Shown: piece after piece, positions 26,107 through 38,440 of the stretch
How the letters are laid out: each line of letters starts with the position of its first letter
Numbering within the stretch: the stretch's first letter is position 1
The notes under the pieces: generated by a model
Databases searched by the model: none
What the model saw: the letters and a program-made list of their open reading frames with translations, nothing else
Told to the model about the DNA's origin: nothing
Program-made: the position numbers and the translations under genes
Origin: Pecten maximus
Taxonomy: Eukaryota
Length of the DNA stretch: 64,000 bases
Reading direction: 5' to 3'
NCBI RefSeq assembly: GCF_902652985.1
Contig: NC_047017.1
Location: forward strand, 27,652,001-27,716,000

Positions 26107-28198
26107 CAGAGACATATATACAGAGAGATAAGTAACATCGCTATTTCCCCGTACACGTAGTGGCTCCCTTTATTCGTGACCACTCAAGCATATCCCTTAT
26201 CGAGAGCGTCATGTCTCCTATCAAACCAAGCGAGCGCAGGTAAATCGGGCTTTGCGCATGTGTGTATCGATGTATTGGAACTTATTCGACATGTTCTGGT
26301 TAAGCCGCCATTACGTCAGACCAAAACATCGTCATTTTAAATACACACAGAAAGCACATCGTTTTATTTTGGCCACTACAAAAGTTACCACATTAACCAA
26401 AAACTATCAAACTTATGGGATATAGTCTTATTGATCATGCACATTGTTGTCATTTATCCGTATTTTCGAAAATCCATTGGGTCCTATTCGACATGTCCAA
26501 GTTTATAATTAGCCGCCATTACGTCAGACCAAAACATCGTCAAATTTAAACGAACACAAAAAACACATCGTTTTATTTTGGCCACTACAAAAGTTACCAC
26601 ATTAACCAAAAACTATCATACTTATGGAATGTGGTCTTGATTATCATGCACATTGTTGTCATCTATCCGTATTCTCTATTTGCCCTTGTGTTTACATAGT
26701 GGCCCCTGACCTTCCCACAATCCTTTGCGGTCGCTCGGTTCAGTCTTCACTAGACGCCATATTGGAGAAAACTTGAAAACCAGACACATAATTATCGATA
26801 ATTTCTATTTGAAATCATCACCAAGATCCAATTATGTGCTTTAATTTTATTAATATCAAAGTGCAGAAGTGTCATCAATATGAAATATATCACAATTTGC
26901 TGTCCAAGTGTTTGTATTTTGAGTATGAAAGTCAAGCACAACGCAGGAAAGATCGGCGGGAATCTCCAATTTTCGAAAAGTCCCTATGGGGTTTTCGAGA
27001 ATACGGATAAATGACAACAATGTGCATGATAATCAAGACCACATTCCATAAGTATGATAGTTTTTGGTTAATGTGGTAACTTTTGTAGTGGCCTAGATAA
27101 AACAATGTGCTTTTTGTGTGCGTTTAAAATTGACGATGTTTTGGTCGGACGTAATGGCTGCTTAATTACAAAACTTGGACATGTCGAATAGGACCCAATG
27201 GATTTTAGAAAATACGGATAAATGGCAACAATGTGCATGATCAATAAGACTATATCCCATAAGTATGATAGTTTTTGGTTAATGTGGTAACTTTTGTAGT
27301 GGCCTAAATAAAACGATGTGCTTTTTGTGTGCGTTTAAAATTGACGATGTTTTGGTCTGACGTAATGGCGGCTTAATTACAAACTTGGACATGTCGAATA
27401 GGACCCAATGGATTTTAGAAAATACGGATAAATGACAACAATATGCATGAGCAATAAGACTATATCCCATAAGTTTGATAGTTTTTGGTTAATGTGGTAA
27501 CTTTTGTAGTGGCCAAAATAAAACGATGTGCTTTTTGTGTGCGTTTAAAATTGACGATGTTTTGGTCTGACGTAATGGCGGCTATTTACAAACTTGGACA
27601 TGTCGAATAGGACCTAATGGATTTTAGAAAAAACGGATAAATGGCAACAATGTGCATGATCAATAAGACTATATCCCATAAGTATGATAGTTTTTGGTTA
27701 ATGTGGTAACTTTTGTAGTGGCCTAAATAAAACGATGTGCTTTTTGTGTTCGTTTAAAATTGACGATGTTTTGGTCTGACGTAATGGCGGCTTAATTACA
27801 AACTTGGACATGTCGAATAGGACCCAATGGATTTTCGAAAATACGGATAAATGACAACAATATGCATGATCAATAAGACTATATCCCATAAGTTTGATAG
27901 TTTTTGGTTAATGTGGTAACTTTTGTAGTGGCCAAAATAAAACGATGTGCTTTCTGTGTGTATCTAAAATGACGATGTTTTGGTCTGACGTAATGGCGGA
28001 TTAACCAGAACATGTCGAATAAGTTCCAATACTACGATACACACATGCGCATAGCCCGATTTACCTGCGCTCGCGTGTGTTTGATAGGAGACAGGACGCT
28101 CTCGATAAGGGATATGCTTGAGTGGTCACGAATAAAGGGAGCCACTATGTGTACGGGGAAATAGCGATGTTACTAATCTCTCTGTTTATATGTCTCTG
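26107..28198. mobile_element. Foldback-type non-autonomous DNA element with long inverted arms made of ~210-bp tandem units
   Basis: Termini cagagacatatatacagagagat... and ...atctctctgtttatatgtctctg; left arm ~26107-26675 is the reverse complement of the right arm; ~300-bp central spacer; flanked by ATG on both sides. Confidence 0.9.
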
Positions 28199-28609
28199 AT
28201 GAACATAATCAAATTAATCACTGGCCACGTAGTGCTAAGAAATGTATATTAGTACATAGTAATAAAGATTAATTCTCCCGGAGTGAGAAAGCTACAGAAA
28301 TGCAAACACTCGGATCAATATTGAACTTTTTGTTTGCGGGCAATATTACGATGAAATCTCCTCCTGTATGTCGTGGTCTCTAAACCACAGAAGGAACGAA
28401 ACATATCCCTGTTTATCATAGATTTACATGGCACCAATTACTGTTCTTTTTGCATTCGACGTCCCATGTATACACGCATAATTGTAGGTCAAATATCAAC
28501 ATAATGACTGTATATCTAGAATTTCCAGTCTCCCTTCGGACATATCGGGATGATTTCAGTAAAACTTCATAAAATTTTCTTGATATGATAATGATAGAAA
28601 CAATGTAGC

Positions 28610-29615
28610 ACAAGTGGCCAATGGACAGTAACGGTCACCTCAGCTCTGAAAAGAAACCCCGAGAAAACCTTGTAATTTATTTCTTGAGTATTGCATTATT
28701 TGTTGATGAAATATACAGGCAATACAGTAGTACGATCAAGAGCATCTATCATATAGCATTGATTTTGAAAATAAAAAAGGATAAAAAAAGAAAGAAAAAA
28801 AGGGGGACCTCCGTAGGATTCGAACTCGCGTCGTGATAAAAATGTATTGAAAGACTAACCCATTAGCCCACTCGGGTATGGTAACCTTTTATAAAATAGG
28901 TGAATATTAGATATATAAAATTGTTACAGCCGTGACTCCCGACCGTGTATTATTGGCACGAGCGTGGGTTATTGGAAAATAATACATGGATTTAAACCAA
29001 TCAAAACTGACGTTGCATAGCAAACATGGTAGAATTCGTTATAAACTATGGTTAAGTTTACCCTCTCCCAAGAGATAAACACGAGCCCGATGGTCATGAA
29101 ACTCTTTGTTAACCAACGTACAAGTTGTATCTGGCCCCGCCCATCAGCCCCGGGGTCCAATCAATGTAAATATGTGCATACTATCAAACTGACTTGTCAA
29201 AAGTTTTTGGATTAATTCAAACAGAAATTCAACAAACGATAAACATGAACATTATTTCCCTATATGTATTAAATATCATCTTCTCTAAAGGGGCAAACGT
29301 GAGACTACAGGGTCGTGGAATTCACAATTTTGGGAACCCAACTATTAGCCATTCCATTTGCTCTCCTGTGAAATGGATTTGATGCTACTTAAAAACTTTT
29401 TTGTGTGTCTTGAGAAGAAGTCTTAAGTCGATTTGTCCCGTTTTTACCCCGCCCCTCAAGCCCAAGGTTGTGGGGATCTTTGGCCATGGAAGTTTGGGAT
29501 GGGTTTTTTTTTGCGAAGTTCAAATGAAACTTGTTTTTGAGAAGAAGTTGAAAATTAAAATTGTTTACGGATGCAAGGGTGACAATTACGGACAAAAGGT
29601 GATTAGAATTTGACT
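28610..29615 (+). mobile_element. Non-autonomous DNA element related to the 6100-7640 family
   Basis: caagtggccaatggacagtaacggtcacct start; gagaagaagttgaaaa...tttacggatg...gacaaaaggtgattagaa end. Confidence 0.55.
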
Positions 29616-29816
29616 GCCCTGTTAGGGACATTCATACCTTACTTAAGACGGATACAGAAATACGTTTTCGAAATCCAAAGGTTCCGTATAGCACCCAAAC
29701 GTTGCATTATACGGCATATGATTCAAGATTCAATCATTTTTACCACAAAATTTGTTGTGTAAATTCTTAAAGATATTGCATTATGGGTAATAGTGTCCTG
29801 TCAACTTAAAGCTTAC

Positions 29817-29918
29817 CGACACACGGTCGAGGCTGACGTCTAGCACTAAAGCCAGGTCCTCCATAGTAGCCGTGTCCGGATAGTGGGAAACCCCGAACTC
29901 CCTCTCCAGGCGTTCCAG
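29817..29918 (-). CDS. Divergent PRD-class homeobox protein, coding exon 2 (homeodomain positions 13-46)
   Basis: 102 nt, phase 0/0, LERLEREFGVSHYPDTATMEDLALVLDVSLDRVS (L13, L16, F20, Y25-P26-D27, L34-A35); CAG acceptor and GTAAGC donor. Confidence 0.92.
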
Positions 29919-30025
29919 CTGTTGATAAAAACAATGGCCGTCAGTAACTACTGCGATGCAAGTTGTACCAACTAATCTTGTTGGCCCGGATGGAAGAAGA
30001 TAGCATTAAGTGAAATACTAGTGTA

Positions 30026-30860
30026 AAACGGCATTTTCTACCTCCCTACAGTGATATAAAACGACATTATCTACCTCCCTACAGTGATATAAAACGACAT
30101 TACCTACCTCCCTACAGCGATATAAAACGACATTATCTACCTCCCTACAGTGATATAAAACGACATTACCTACCTCTATACAGTGATATAAAACGACATT
30201 ATCTACCTCTATACAGTGATATAAAACGACATGATCTACCTCTATACAGTGATATAAAACGACATTATCTACCTCTCTACAGTGATATAAAACGACATTA
30301 TCTACCTCCCTCCAGTGATATAAAATGACATTATCTACCTACCTACAATGATATAAAACGACATTGTCTACCTCCCTACAGTGATATAACGACATTATCT
30401 ACCTCCCTACAATGATATAAAACGACATTATCTACCTCCCTACAGTGATATAAAACGACATTATCTACCTCCCTACAGTGATATAAAACGACATTATCTA
30501 CCTCCCTACAGTGATACAGCTGTATAACGACATTATCTACCTCCCTGCAGTGATATAAAACGACATTATCTACCTACCGACAATGATATAAAACGGCATT
30601 ATCTACCTCCCTGCAGTGATATAAAACGGCATTACCTACCTCCCTAGTCCCTACAGTGATATAAAACGACATTATCTACCTCTCTACAGTGATATAAAAC
30701 GATATTATCTACCTCCCTTCAGTGATATAAAACGACATTATCTACCTCCCTACAGTGATATAAAACGACATTATCTACCTCCCTACTTTGATATAAAACG
30801 ACATTATCTACCTCCCTTCAGTAATATTAAACGACATTATCTACCACACTACAGTGATAA
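30026..30860. repeat. 33-bp minisatellite (~25 copies)
   Basis: Unit tgatataaaacgacattatctacctccctacag in homeobox intron 1. Confidence 0.97.
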
Positions 30861-31053
30861 CGTCGGTATCTATGTTACTATTTTATGTTTTGACCTTTTT
30901 CTTGCGCAGATTTAGATTTTTTTTATGTAATTTCTCCTTATAATTAGTTTCCACTGCTATCAATAATATGACGTCCACCTGTATATACTGTATACATATG
31001 ATAAGGTCTTGTCGCGTCATTCAGTTATATCCTACATGTTTTTCATGACTGAC

Positions 31054-31122
31054 CTGTTCCGGAGTATATTTGATGCGGTTCCTCTGTGAACACTTCCTGT
31101 CGGACGGAGCTCCCATGGTCAT
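31054..31122 (-). CDS. Divergent PRD-class homeobox protein, coding exon 1 (homeodomain positions 1-12)
   Basis: TTGTAG acceptor at 31125; ATG at 31122; MTMGAPSDRKCSQRNRIKYTPEQ; donor CAG|GTCAGT. An additional upstream coding exon cannot be excluded. Confidence 0.85.
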
Positions 31123-31876
31123 TTCTACAATTATAAAATGATTAAATTAATTCAAAATTCGAACGTTAAATTATCTGACCAATTTTTATTAATTTAATTG
31201 CTGTATTAAACACTGTCCATGTCCAAAAAAATACCAAGCTATTTCATGAATCGTATTAGCAGCCCATTACGTACCAGAACTTAATATATAATAACTGATT
31301 AAAGTACGTGTATTGCTATTTATATCATATACGTGTCAGACGGCAGCTCGCGGCCACGTTTATCCCATTACACCCAGATCTTCAGCTAGATCAATTAGAG
31401 ATCGGTAGACCTACGAGTGGAAAAAGGGCAAGTACGGGACAACAGAAAATTACTGCAAGCAGTGGCTCTATACGGAAATTATGCTGATGTGCCAGGAGTG
31501 TTGTGTGGTTGTATCACGACAGGACATTGCACTGTTAATTAAACAGTAATGATTGGAATCGTTCCTTATATGTTAATTGGTTCACAGAGACAATGAGCTT
31601 TGCCGTTCTGGGGTTTATAGTTATTCGAGACGACAGGTTTCCACCATGACAGTAAAAAAAAGTTCATACTTCCGTGGGAGGGCCTGGAGCATGTGGCGGG
31701 CCAAATAAAGTAATTGAAGAAGATGGGATTGCTTACATTTAAGATCAAAAGAATGAATAGGGTGATGATACAATAAGAAGATGGCTATAAAGAAAGGAAA
31801 GTGGAGGGAGATAAATGTCATAATACAGGGTGAGAGATAGAGGTAAGTGGGGATGTGGAATGGGTTGGGAGGTAAC

Positions 31877-33320
31877 TCAAGACGGGAAGGAGGGGGAAGA
31901 GAGGACAATCAAGACGGGAAGGAGGGGAAGAGAGGACAAACAAGACGGGAAGGAGGAGAAGAGAGGACAATCAAGACGGGAAGGAGGGAGAAGAGAGGAC
32001 AAACAAGACGGGAAGGAGGGGAAGAGAGGACAAATCAAGACGGGAAGGAGGAGAAGAGAGGACAATCAAGACGGGAAGGAGGAGAAGAGAGGACAAACAA
32101 GACGGGAAGGAGGGGAAGAGAGGACAAACAAGACGGGAAGGAGGGGAAGAGAGGACAAACAAGACGGGAAGGAGGAGAAGAGAGGACAATCAAGACGGGA
32201 AGGAGGGGAAGAGAGGACAAACAAGACGGGAAGGAGGGGAAGAGAGGACAAACAAGACGGGAAGGAGGAGAAGAGAGGACAATCAAGACGGGAAGGAGGA
32301 GAAGAGAGGACAAACAAGACAGGAAGGAGGAGAAGAGAGGACAATCAAGACGGGAAGGAGGGGAAGAGAGGACAAACAAGACGGGAAGGAGGAGAAGAGA
32401 GGACAATCAAGACGGGAAGGAGGGGAAGAGAGGAGCACAATGAAGACGGGAGGAAGGGGAAGAGAGGACAATCAAGACGGGAAGGAGGAGAAGAGAGGAC
32501 AAACAAGACGGGAAGGAGGAGAAAAGAGGACAATCAAGACGGGAAGGAGGGGAAGAGAGGAGCACAATGAAGACGGGAGGAAGGGGAAGAGAGGACAATC
32601 AAGACGGGAAGGAGGAGAAGAGAGGACAAACAAGACGGGAAGGAGGAGAAAAGAGGACAATCAAGACGGGAAGGAGGGGAAGAGAGGACAAACAAGACAG
32701 GAAGGAGGAGAAGAGAGGACAATCAAGACGGGAAGGAGGAGAAGAGAGGACAAACAAGACGGGAAGGAGGAGAAGAGAGGACAATCAAGATGGGAAGGAG
32801 GGGAAGAGAGGAGCACAATGAAGACGGGAGGAAGGGGAAGAGAGGACAAACAAGACGGAGGAAGGGGAAAAGAGGAGCACAATGAAGACGGGAGGGGATG
32901 AAGAGAGGACAAACAAGACAGGAAGGATGGGAAGAGAGGAGAACAAACAAGACGAGAGGGAGAAGATGAGGGGAGGACAAACAAGACGGGAGAGAGGGGA
33001 AGAGAGGAGCATAATGAAGACGGGAGGGGGATGAAGAGATGACAAACAAGAATGGAGAGAGTAGAAGAGAGGAGGACAAATAGGACGAGAGGGAGGGGAA
33101 AAGAAGAGGACAAACAAGACGGGAGAGAGGGAAAAGAGGAGGACAATGAAGATGGGAGGGAGAAGAAGAGAGGAAGACATTCAAGACAGGAGGGAGGTGA
33201 AGAGAGGATAAATAAGACGAGAGGAAGAGAGGGGGACAATGGAGACAGGAGGGGGGACAAACAAGATGGGGGAAAGAAGAGAACAATGAGGACGGGAAGG
33301 AGAAGAAGAGAGGGGATCAA
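31877..33320. repeat. Purine-rich 31-bp minisatellite
   Basis: Unit caagacgggaaggagg(g/a)gaagagaggacaa(a/t), decaying to the right. Confidence 0.95.
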
Positions 33321-33702
33321 TCATAACAGGAGGGAAGGGGCAATCGAGAGTTTAATGTGTGATGGGAGACCGGAGTCAATCAATGGGTTGTGTGAGAGAG
33401 GAGCATATCACTGTCCACTGTAATATCATGGTTACTGTTTTTCGAGTTACAATTAAACATATACAATGACATTATTATTTAACGTACAGATATAAATTTC
33501 AATTGAACGTCAAATGAGCGATTGGTGGGATGTAGTCAGTTGTACGTAGTAGTCGAAGACTAATAAATGACGGTGAGTTTTGTGAGCCCTAAAGAGGAGA
33601 TAGTAGGAGAGAAAGAGAGACATATGGCGTAGTACGGTTACGATCTAGTTTGACATAATGTCTTAATGGGTATTAAATTCAGACAACAGTCTAATCCGTA
33701 TT

Positions 33703-34253
33703 AACTAAGTACTGATTAATGACCAACTAAGTACTGATTAACGACCAACTAAGTACTGATTAACGACCAACTAAATACTGATTAACGACCAACTAAGTAC
33801 TGATTAACGACCAACTAAGTACTGATTAACGACAAACTAAGTACTGATTAACGACCAACTAAGTACTGATTAACGACCAACTAAATACTGATTAACGACC
33901 AACTAAGTACTGATTAACGACCAACTAAGTACTGATTAACGACCAACTAAGTACTGATTAACGACCAACTAAGTACTGATTAACGACCAACTAAATACTG
34001 ATTAACGACCAACTAAGTACTGATTAACGACCAACTAAGTACTGATTAACGACCAACTAAGTACTGATTAACGACCAACTAAGTACTGATTAACGACCAA
34101 CTAAATACTGATTAACGACCAACTAAGTACTGATTAACGACCAACTAAATACTGATTAACGACCAACTAAGTACTGATTAACGACCAACTAAGTACTGAT
34201 TAACGACCAACTAAGTACTGATTAACGACCAACTAAGTACTGATTAACGACCA
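33703..34253. repeat. 22-bp minisatellite (~25 copies)
   Basis: Unit gaccaactaagtactgattaac. Confidence 0.97.
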
Positions 34254-34269
34254 TAAAAGTATGCTGCCA

Positions 34270-34620
34270 AATTAGTGTCGATCAATGTCTTCAATTATTA
34301 CCTATATATAGTTCTGGTTAACAAATCAGTGTTAATCAATGTCTTCAATTATTACCTATATATAGTTCTGGTTAACAAATCAGTGTTAATCAATGTCTTC
34401 AATTATTACCTATATATAGTTCTGGTTAACAAATCAGTGTTAATCAATGTCTTCAATTATTACCTATATATAGTTCTGGTTAACAAATTAGTGTTGACCA
34501 ATGTCTTCAATTATTACCTATATATAGTTCTGGTTAACAAATCAGTGTTAATCAATGTCTTCAATTATTACCTATGATTATGGTTAGCAAATTAGTGTTG
34601 ACAATGTGTTCAATTATTAC
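34270..34620. repeat. 54-bp tandem repeat (~6 copies)
   Basis: Unit ttaatcaatgtcttcaattattacctatatatagttctggttaacaaatcagtg. Confidence 0.95.
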
Positions 34621-35017
34621 TTTTAATTCAGGTTAACGTCACTCACTGCCCATTTCATCATTAACAGATGACCTTAAACTTATTAAAATCGCCGAGAGCA
34701 TATCTAGTGTTCAATAGACGAAATCAAAGAACAATGTAATTTCATTACTTTACACGTCTTACATTAACTGGCCGTTCAAACCCTAGGGTGTATGGTATAT
34801 CTACGACCTAGCTGTCCTATATAGGGTGGGTCGAGTTATTTTACAGTCGACACACACATCTTAAGAAAATACGTAGATATATATTGTATAATTATGTAAG
34901 GTTTAAAAATAGACAACTGCAAAAACTAGAATAGTTTTGATTTTCTAAAATTAAACTAAATCATATCTTAAAGCCAATTATTGAATTAAGGTAGCTATCG
35001 ATTTTGGTGACTGGGAA

Positions 35018-37885
35018 CTGGGTACATGGGAAGTTGGTAAACTTTTGGTACATCCCCTTAATTGGGAAGGTAGTAGACTTTTGGTACATCCCCGTAATGG
35101 GGAAGTGGTAGACTTTGGGTACATCCCCGTAATGGGGAAGTGGTAGACTTTGGGTACATCCCCGTAATGGGGAAGTGGTAGACTTTGGGTACATCCCTAT
35201 AATGGGGAGGTGGTAGACTTTGAGTACATATGTACATCCCCATAATGGGGAGGTGGTAGACTTTGGGTACATCCCCATAATGGGGAAGTGGTAGACTTTG
35301 GGTACATCCCTATAATGGGGAGGTGGTAGACTTTGAGTACATATGTACATCCCCATAATGGGGAGGTGGTAGACTTTGAGTACATATGTACATCCCCATA
35401 ATGGGGAGGTGGTAGACTTTGGGTACATCCCCATAATGGGGAAGTGGTAGACTTTGGGTACATCCCCATAATGGGGAAGTGGTAAACTTTGGGTACATCC
35501 CCGTAATGAGAATTAAAGCTGGTAGACTTTGGGTACATCCCCGTAATGGGGAGGTGGTAAACTTCGAGTACATCCCCATAATGGGGAAGTGGTAAACTGT
35601 TGGTACATCCCCGTAATTTGGAGGTACAATGTAGTAGACTTTTGGTACATCCCCTTAATTGGGAAGGTAGTAGACTTTTGGTACATCCCCGTAATGGGGA
35701 AGTAGTAGACTTTGGGTACATCCCCGTAATGGGGAGGTGATGTTTTTATGGGAGATAGTTTGCATCTAGGGAAATGTGATTTTAAGATCAAATAGGTATA
35801 GCTTCCTTATACATGTACATGCAGTTAGATTCAGGTAAGGTATACTGTTTATTGGTGTCTGGTTTATCTTGCAATTTGTTCAGGGGTTATGATCCATGTT
35901 TATTGTATCAGGCTGTAACATCATGTTAGGTCTCCATCTTATCATTAACTGTTATGTGTAGGATATATACTAGATCACTGGTATGTACATAGATACAGAC
36001 ACAACGTGTGAAAATTACTGAAATAATTGTAATGTACACAAGATACAAGAATTTTTATTTAACGTCGCATATTTAAACCAGTGAACATTAGCGCTGTAGC
36101 GCTATTCTTGCGACAAACATTAGATAAATAACAAGTATAAACTAGTACTCCAGATAATGAATGGAATATTGCTAGTTAGAGATGCATGTAAGCATACAGT
36201 GGTAAACATGGTAACAAACAGCTAATAATAAGAATATAGGCAATACCCATCACAGAGGGCATATAAAGTAATGGAACCAAAGGAGTTACAACAAGTCTAC
36301 AAGATACACCAAACAAGGGCCTCATAACCCGTATTAAGTGTAAATTACCACCGAAAAAATATAGTGTTTAACACAAAGTGGGTTTAAATGTTTGTACATA
36401 AGAGACTGTACTGTGGTGATCACTTTTCGAGTGGGAATACGTATGTATTGTTTACATCTCAGCCAGTATATAAGTTAAAATTATAATCCTCCGAATGGTA
36501 TGGAGGCAAACAACGCGTGAAATTTCACGTAATGAGTATAGTGGTTAATTACTATTCGAGTACATCCCCATAATGGGGAAGTGGTAAACTGTTGGTACAT
36601 CCCCGTAATGGAGAAGTGGTAAACTTTGGGTACATCCCCATAATGGGGAAGTGGTAAACTGTTGGTACATCCCCGTAATGGAGAAGTGGTAGACTTTGGG
36701 TACATCCCCGTAATGGGGAGGTGGTAGACTTTGGGTACATCCCCGTGATGGGGAAGTGGTAAACTTTGGGTACATCCCCGTGATGGGGAAGTGGTAGACT
36801 TTGGGTACATCCCCGTAATGAGGAGGTGGTAAACTTCAGGTACATCCCCGTAATTTGGAGGTAGTAGACTTTTGGTACATCCCCGTAATGGGGAAGTGGT
36901 AAACTTTGGGTACATCCCCGTAATGAGGAGGTGGTAAACTTCAGGTACATCCCCGTAATTTGGAGGTAGTAGACTTTTGGTACATCCCCGTAATGGGGAA
37001 GTGGTAAACTTTTGGTACATCCCCGTAATTTGGAGGTAGTAGACTTTTGGTACATCCCCGTAATGGGGAAGTGGTAGACTTTGGGTACATCCCCGTAATG
37101 GGGAAGTGGTAGGCTTCGGGTACATCCCCGTAATGAGAATTAAAGCTGGTAGACTTTGGGTACATCCCCGTAATGGGGAGGTGATGTTTTTATGGGAGAT
37201 ATTTTGCATCTAGGGAAATGTGATTTTAAGATCAAATAGATATAGCTTCCTTATACATGTACATGCAGTTAGATTCAGGTAAGGTATACTGTTTATTGGT
37301 GTCTGGTTTATCTTGTTATTTGTTCAGGGGTTATGATCCATGTTTATTGTATCAGGCTGTAACATCATGTTAGGTCTCCATCTTATCATTAACTGTTATA
37401 TGTAGGATATATACTAGATCACTGGCATGTACATAGATACAGACACAACGTGTGAAAATTACTGAAATAATTGTAATGTACACAAGATACAAGAATTTTT
37501 TATTTAACGTCGCATATTTAAACCAGTGAACATTAGCGCTGTAGCGATATTCTTGCGACAAACATGAGATAAAATAACAAGTATAAACATAATACTAAGA
37601 AATGAATGATATACATGTAGCATACAGGAGTCACAGAAGTAACAAACAGCTAAAATAAGAATATAGCAATACACAATTCACAGAGGGCATATGAAAGTAA
37701 TGGAACAAACGAGTTACAAGCAAGCATACAAGATACAACAAACAAAGCCTCATAAACACGTATTAAGTAGTTAATTACCACAGAAAAAGTATAGTGTTTA
37801 AACAACAAGTTGTTTAAATTTTGTACATAAGAGACTGTACTGTGGTGATAAATTTTCAAGTGGAATACGTATTTGTATTGTCTAT
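35018..37885. repeat. ~1.44-kb tandem segmental duplication, each copy headed by a 35-bp hairpin minisatellite
   Basis: Arrays of gggtacatccccgtaatggggaagtggtagacttt at ~35018-35740 and ~36557-37183, each followed by the same ~700 bp of unique sequence. Confidence 0.93.
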
Positions 37886-38124
37886 ATTAGAAAACCTCTC
37901 AAAAAGTATACAAACAAATAAAAAAAATATATTAAGTTTATTAATATTCATAATCATATACCGATATGTGTATCTGGAGGCAAAAACACAAACACGTGGC
38001 AAGAATATTACACGTAATTATATGTCTCGTCTGTCCCGCTTTATCAGTGATGTCTAATAAATATTTCACAATTTCCCCCACAATGTGATATGTATAAGAA
38101 TTGGAGTTACATTAAAGTAAAATG

Positions 38125-38440
38125 TTGACGACGCCGCCGCCCACGAAAACTAAATTGACAACGCCACCCACTGAACACTAACTTTACGACGACGCCGCCC
38201 AGGGAAAACTAACTTGACGACACCGCCCACGGAATACTAACTTGACGACGCCGCCCACGGAATACTAACTTGACGACGCCGCTCGTGGAAAACTAACTTG
38301 ACGCCGCCGCCCAGAGAAAACTAACATGACGCCGCCGCCCAGGGAAAACTAACTTGACGGCGCCGCCCAGGGAAAACTAACTTGACGGCGCCGCCCACGG
38401 AATACTAACTTGACGACGATGCCGCCCACGGAAAATTAAC
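38125..38440. repeat. 28-bp GC-rich tandem repeat, probably inside a HINE/MITE-like element
   Basis: gacgccgcccagggaaaactaactt units followed by an imperfect gtctcg...agacgaaaa hairpin. Confidence 0.85.

Noticed and set aside
27279-27889. Two near-identical 63-aa ORFs
   Set aside because: Copies of the ~210-bp internal unit of the foldback element.
31830-33423. Overlapping R/E/G-rich and S/L/P-rich ORFs
   Set aside because: T-poor 31-bp repeat; the unit length is not a multiple of 3.
35018-37183. CRISPR-like array of 35-bp palindromic repeats
   Set aside because: Units are contiguous with no unique spacers, there are no cas genes, and the context is eukaryotic.
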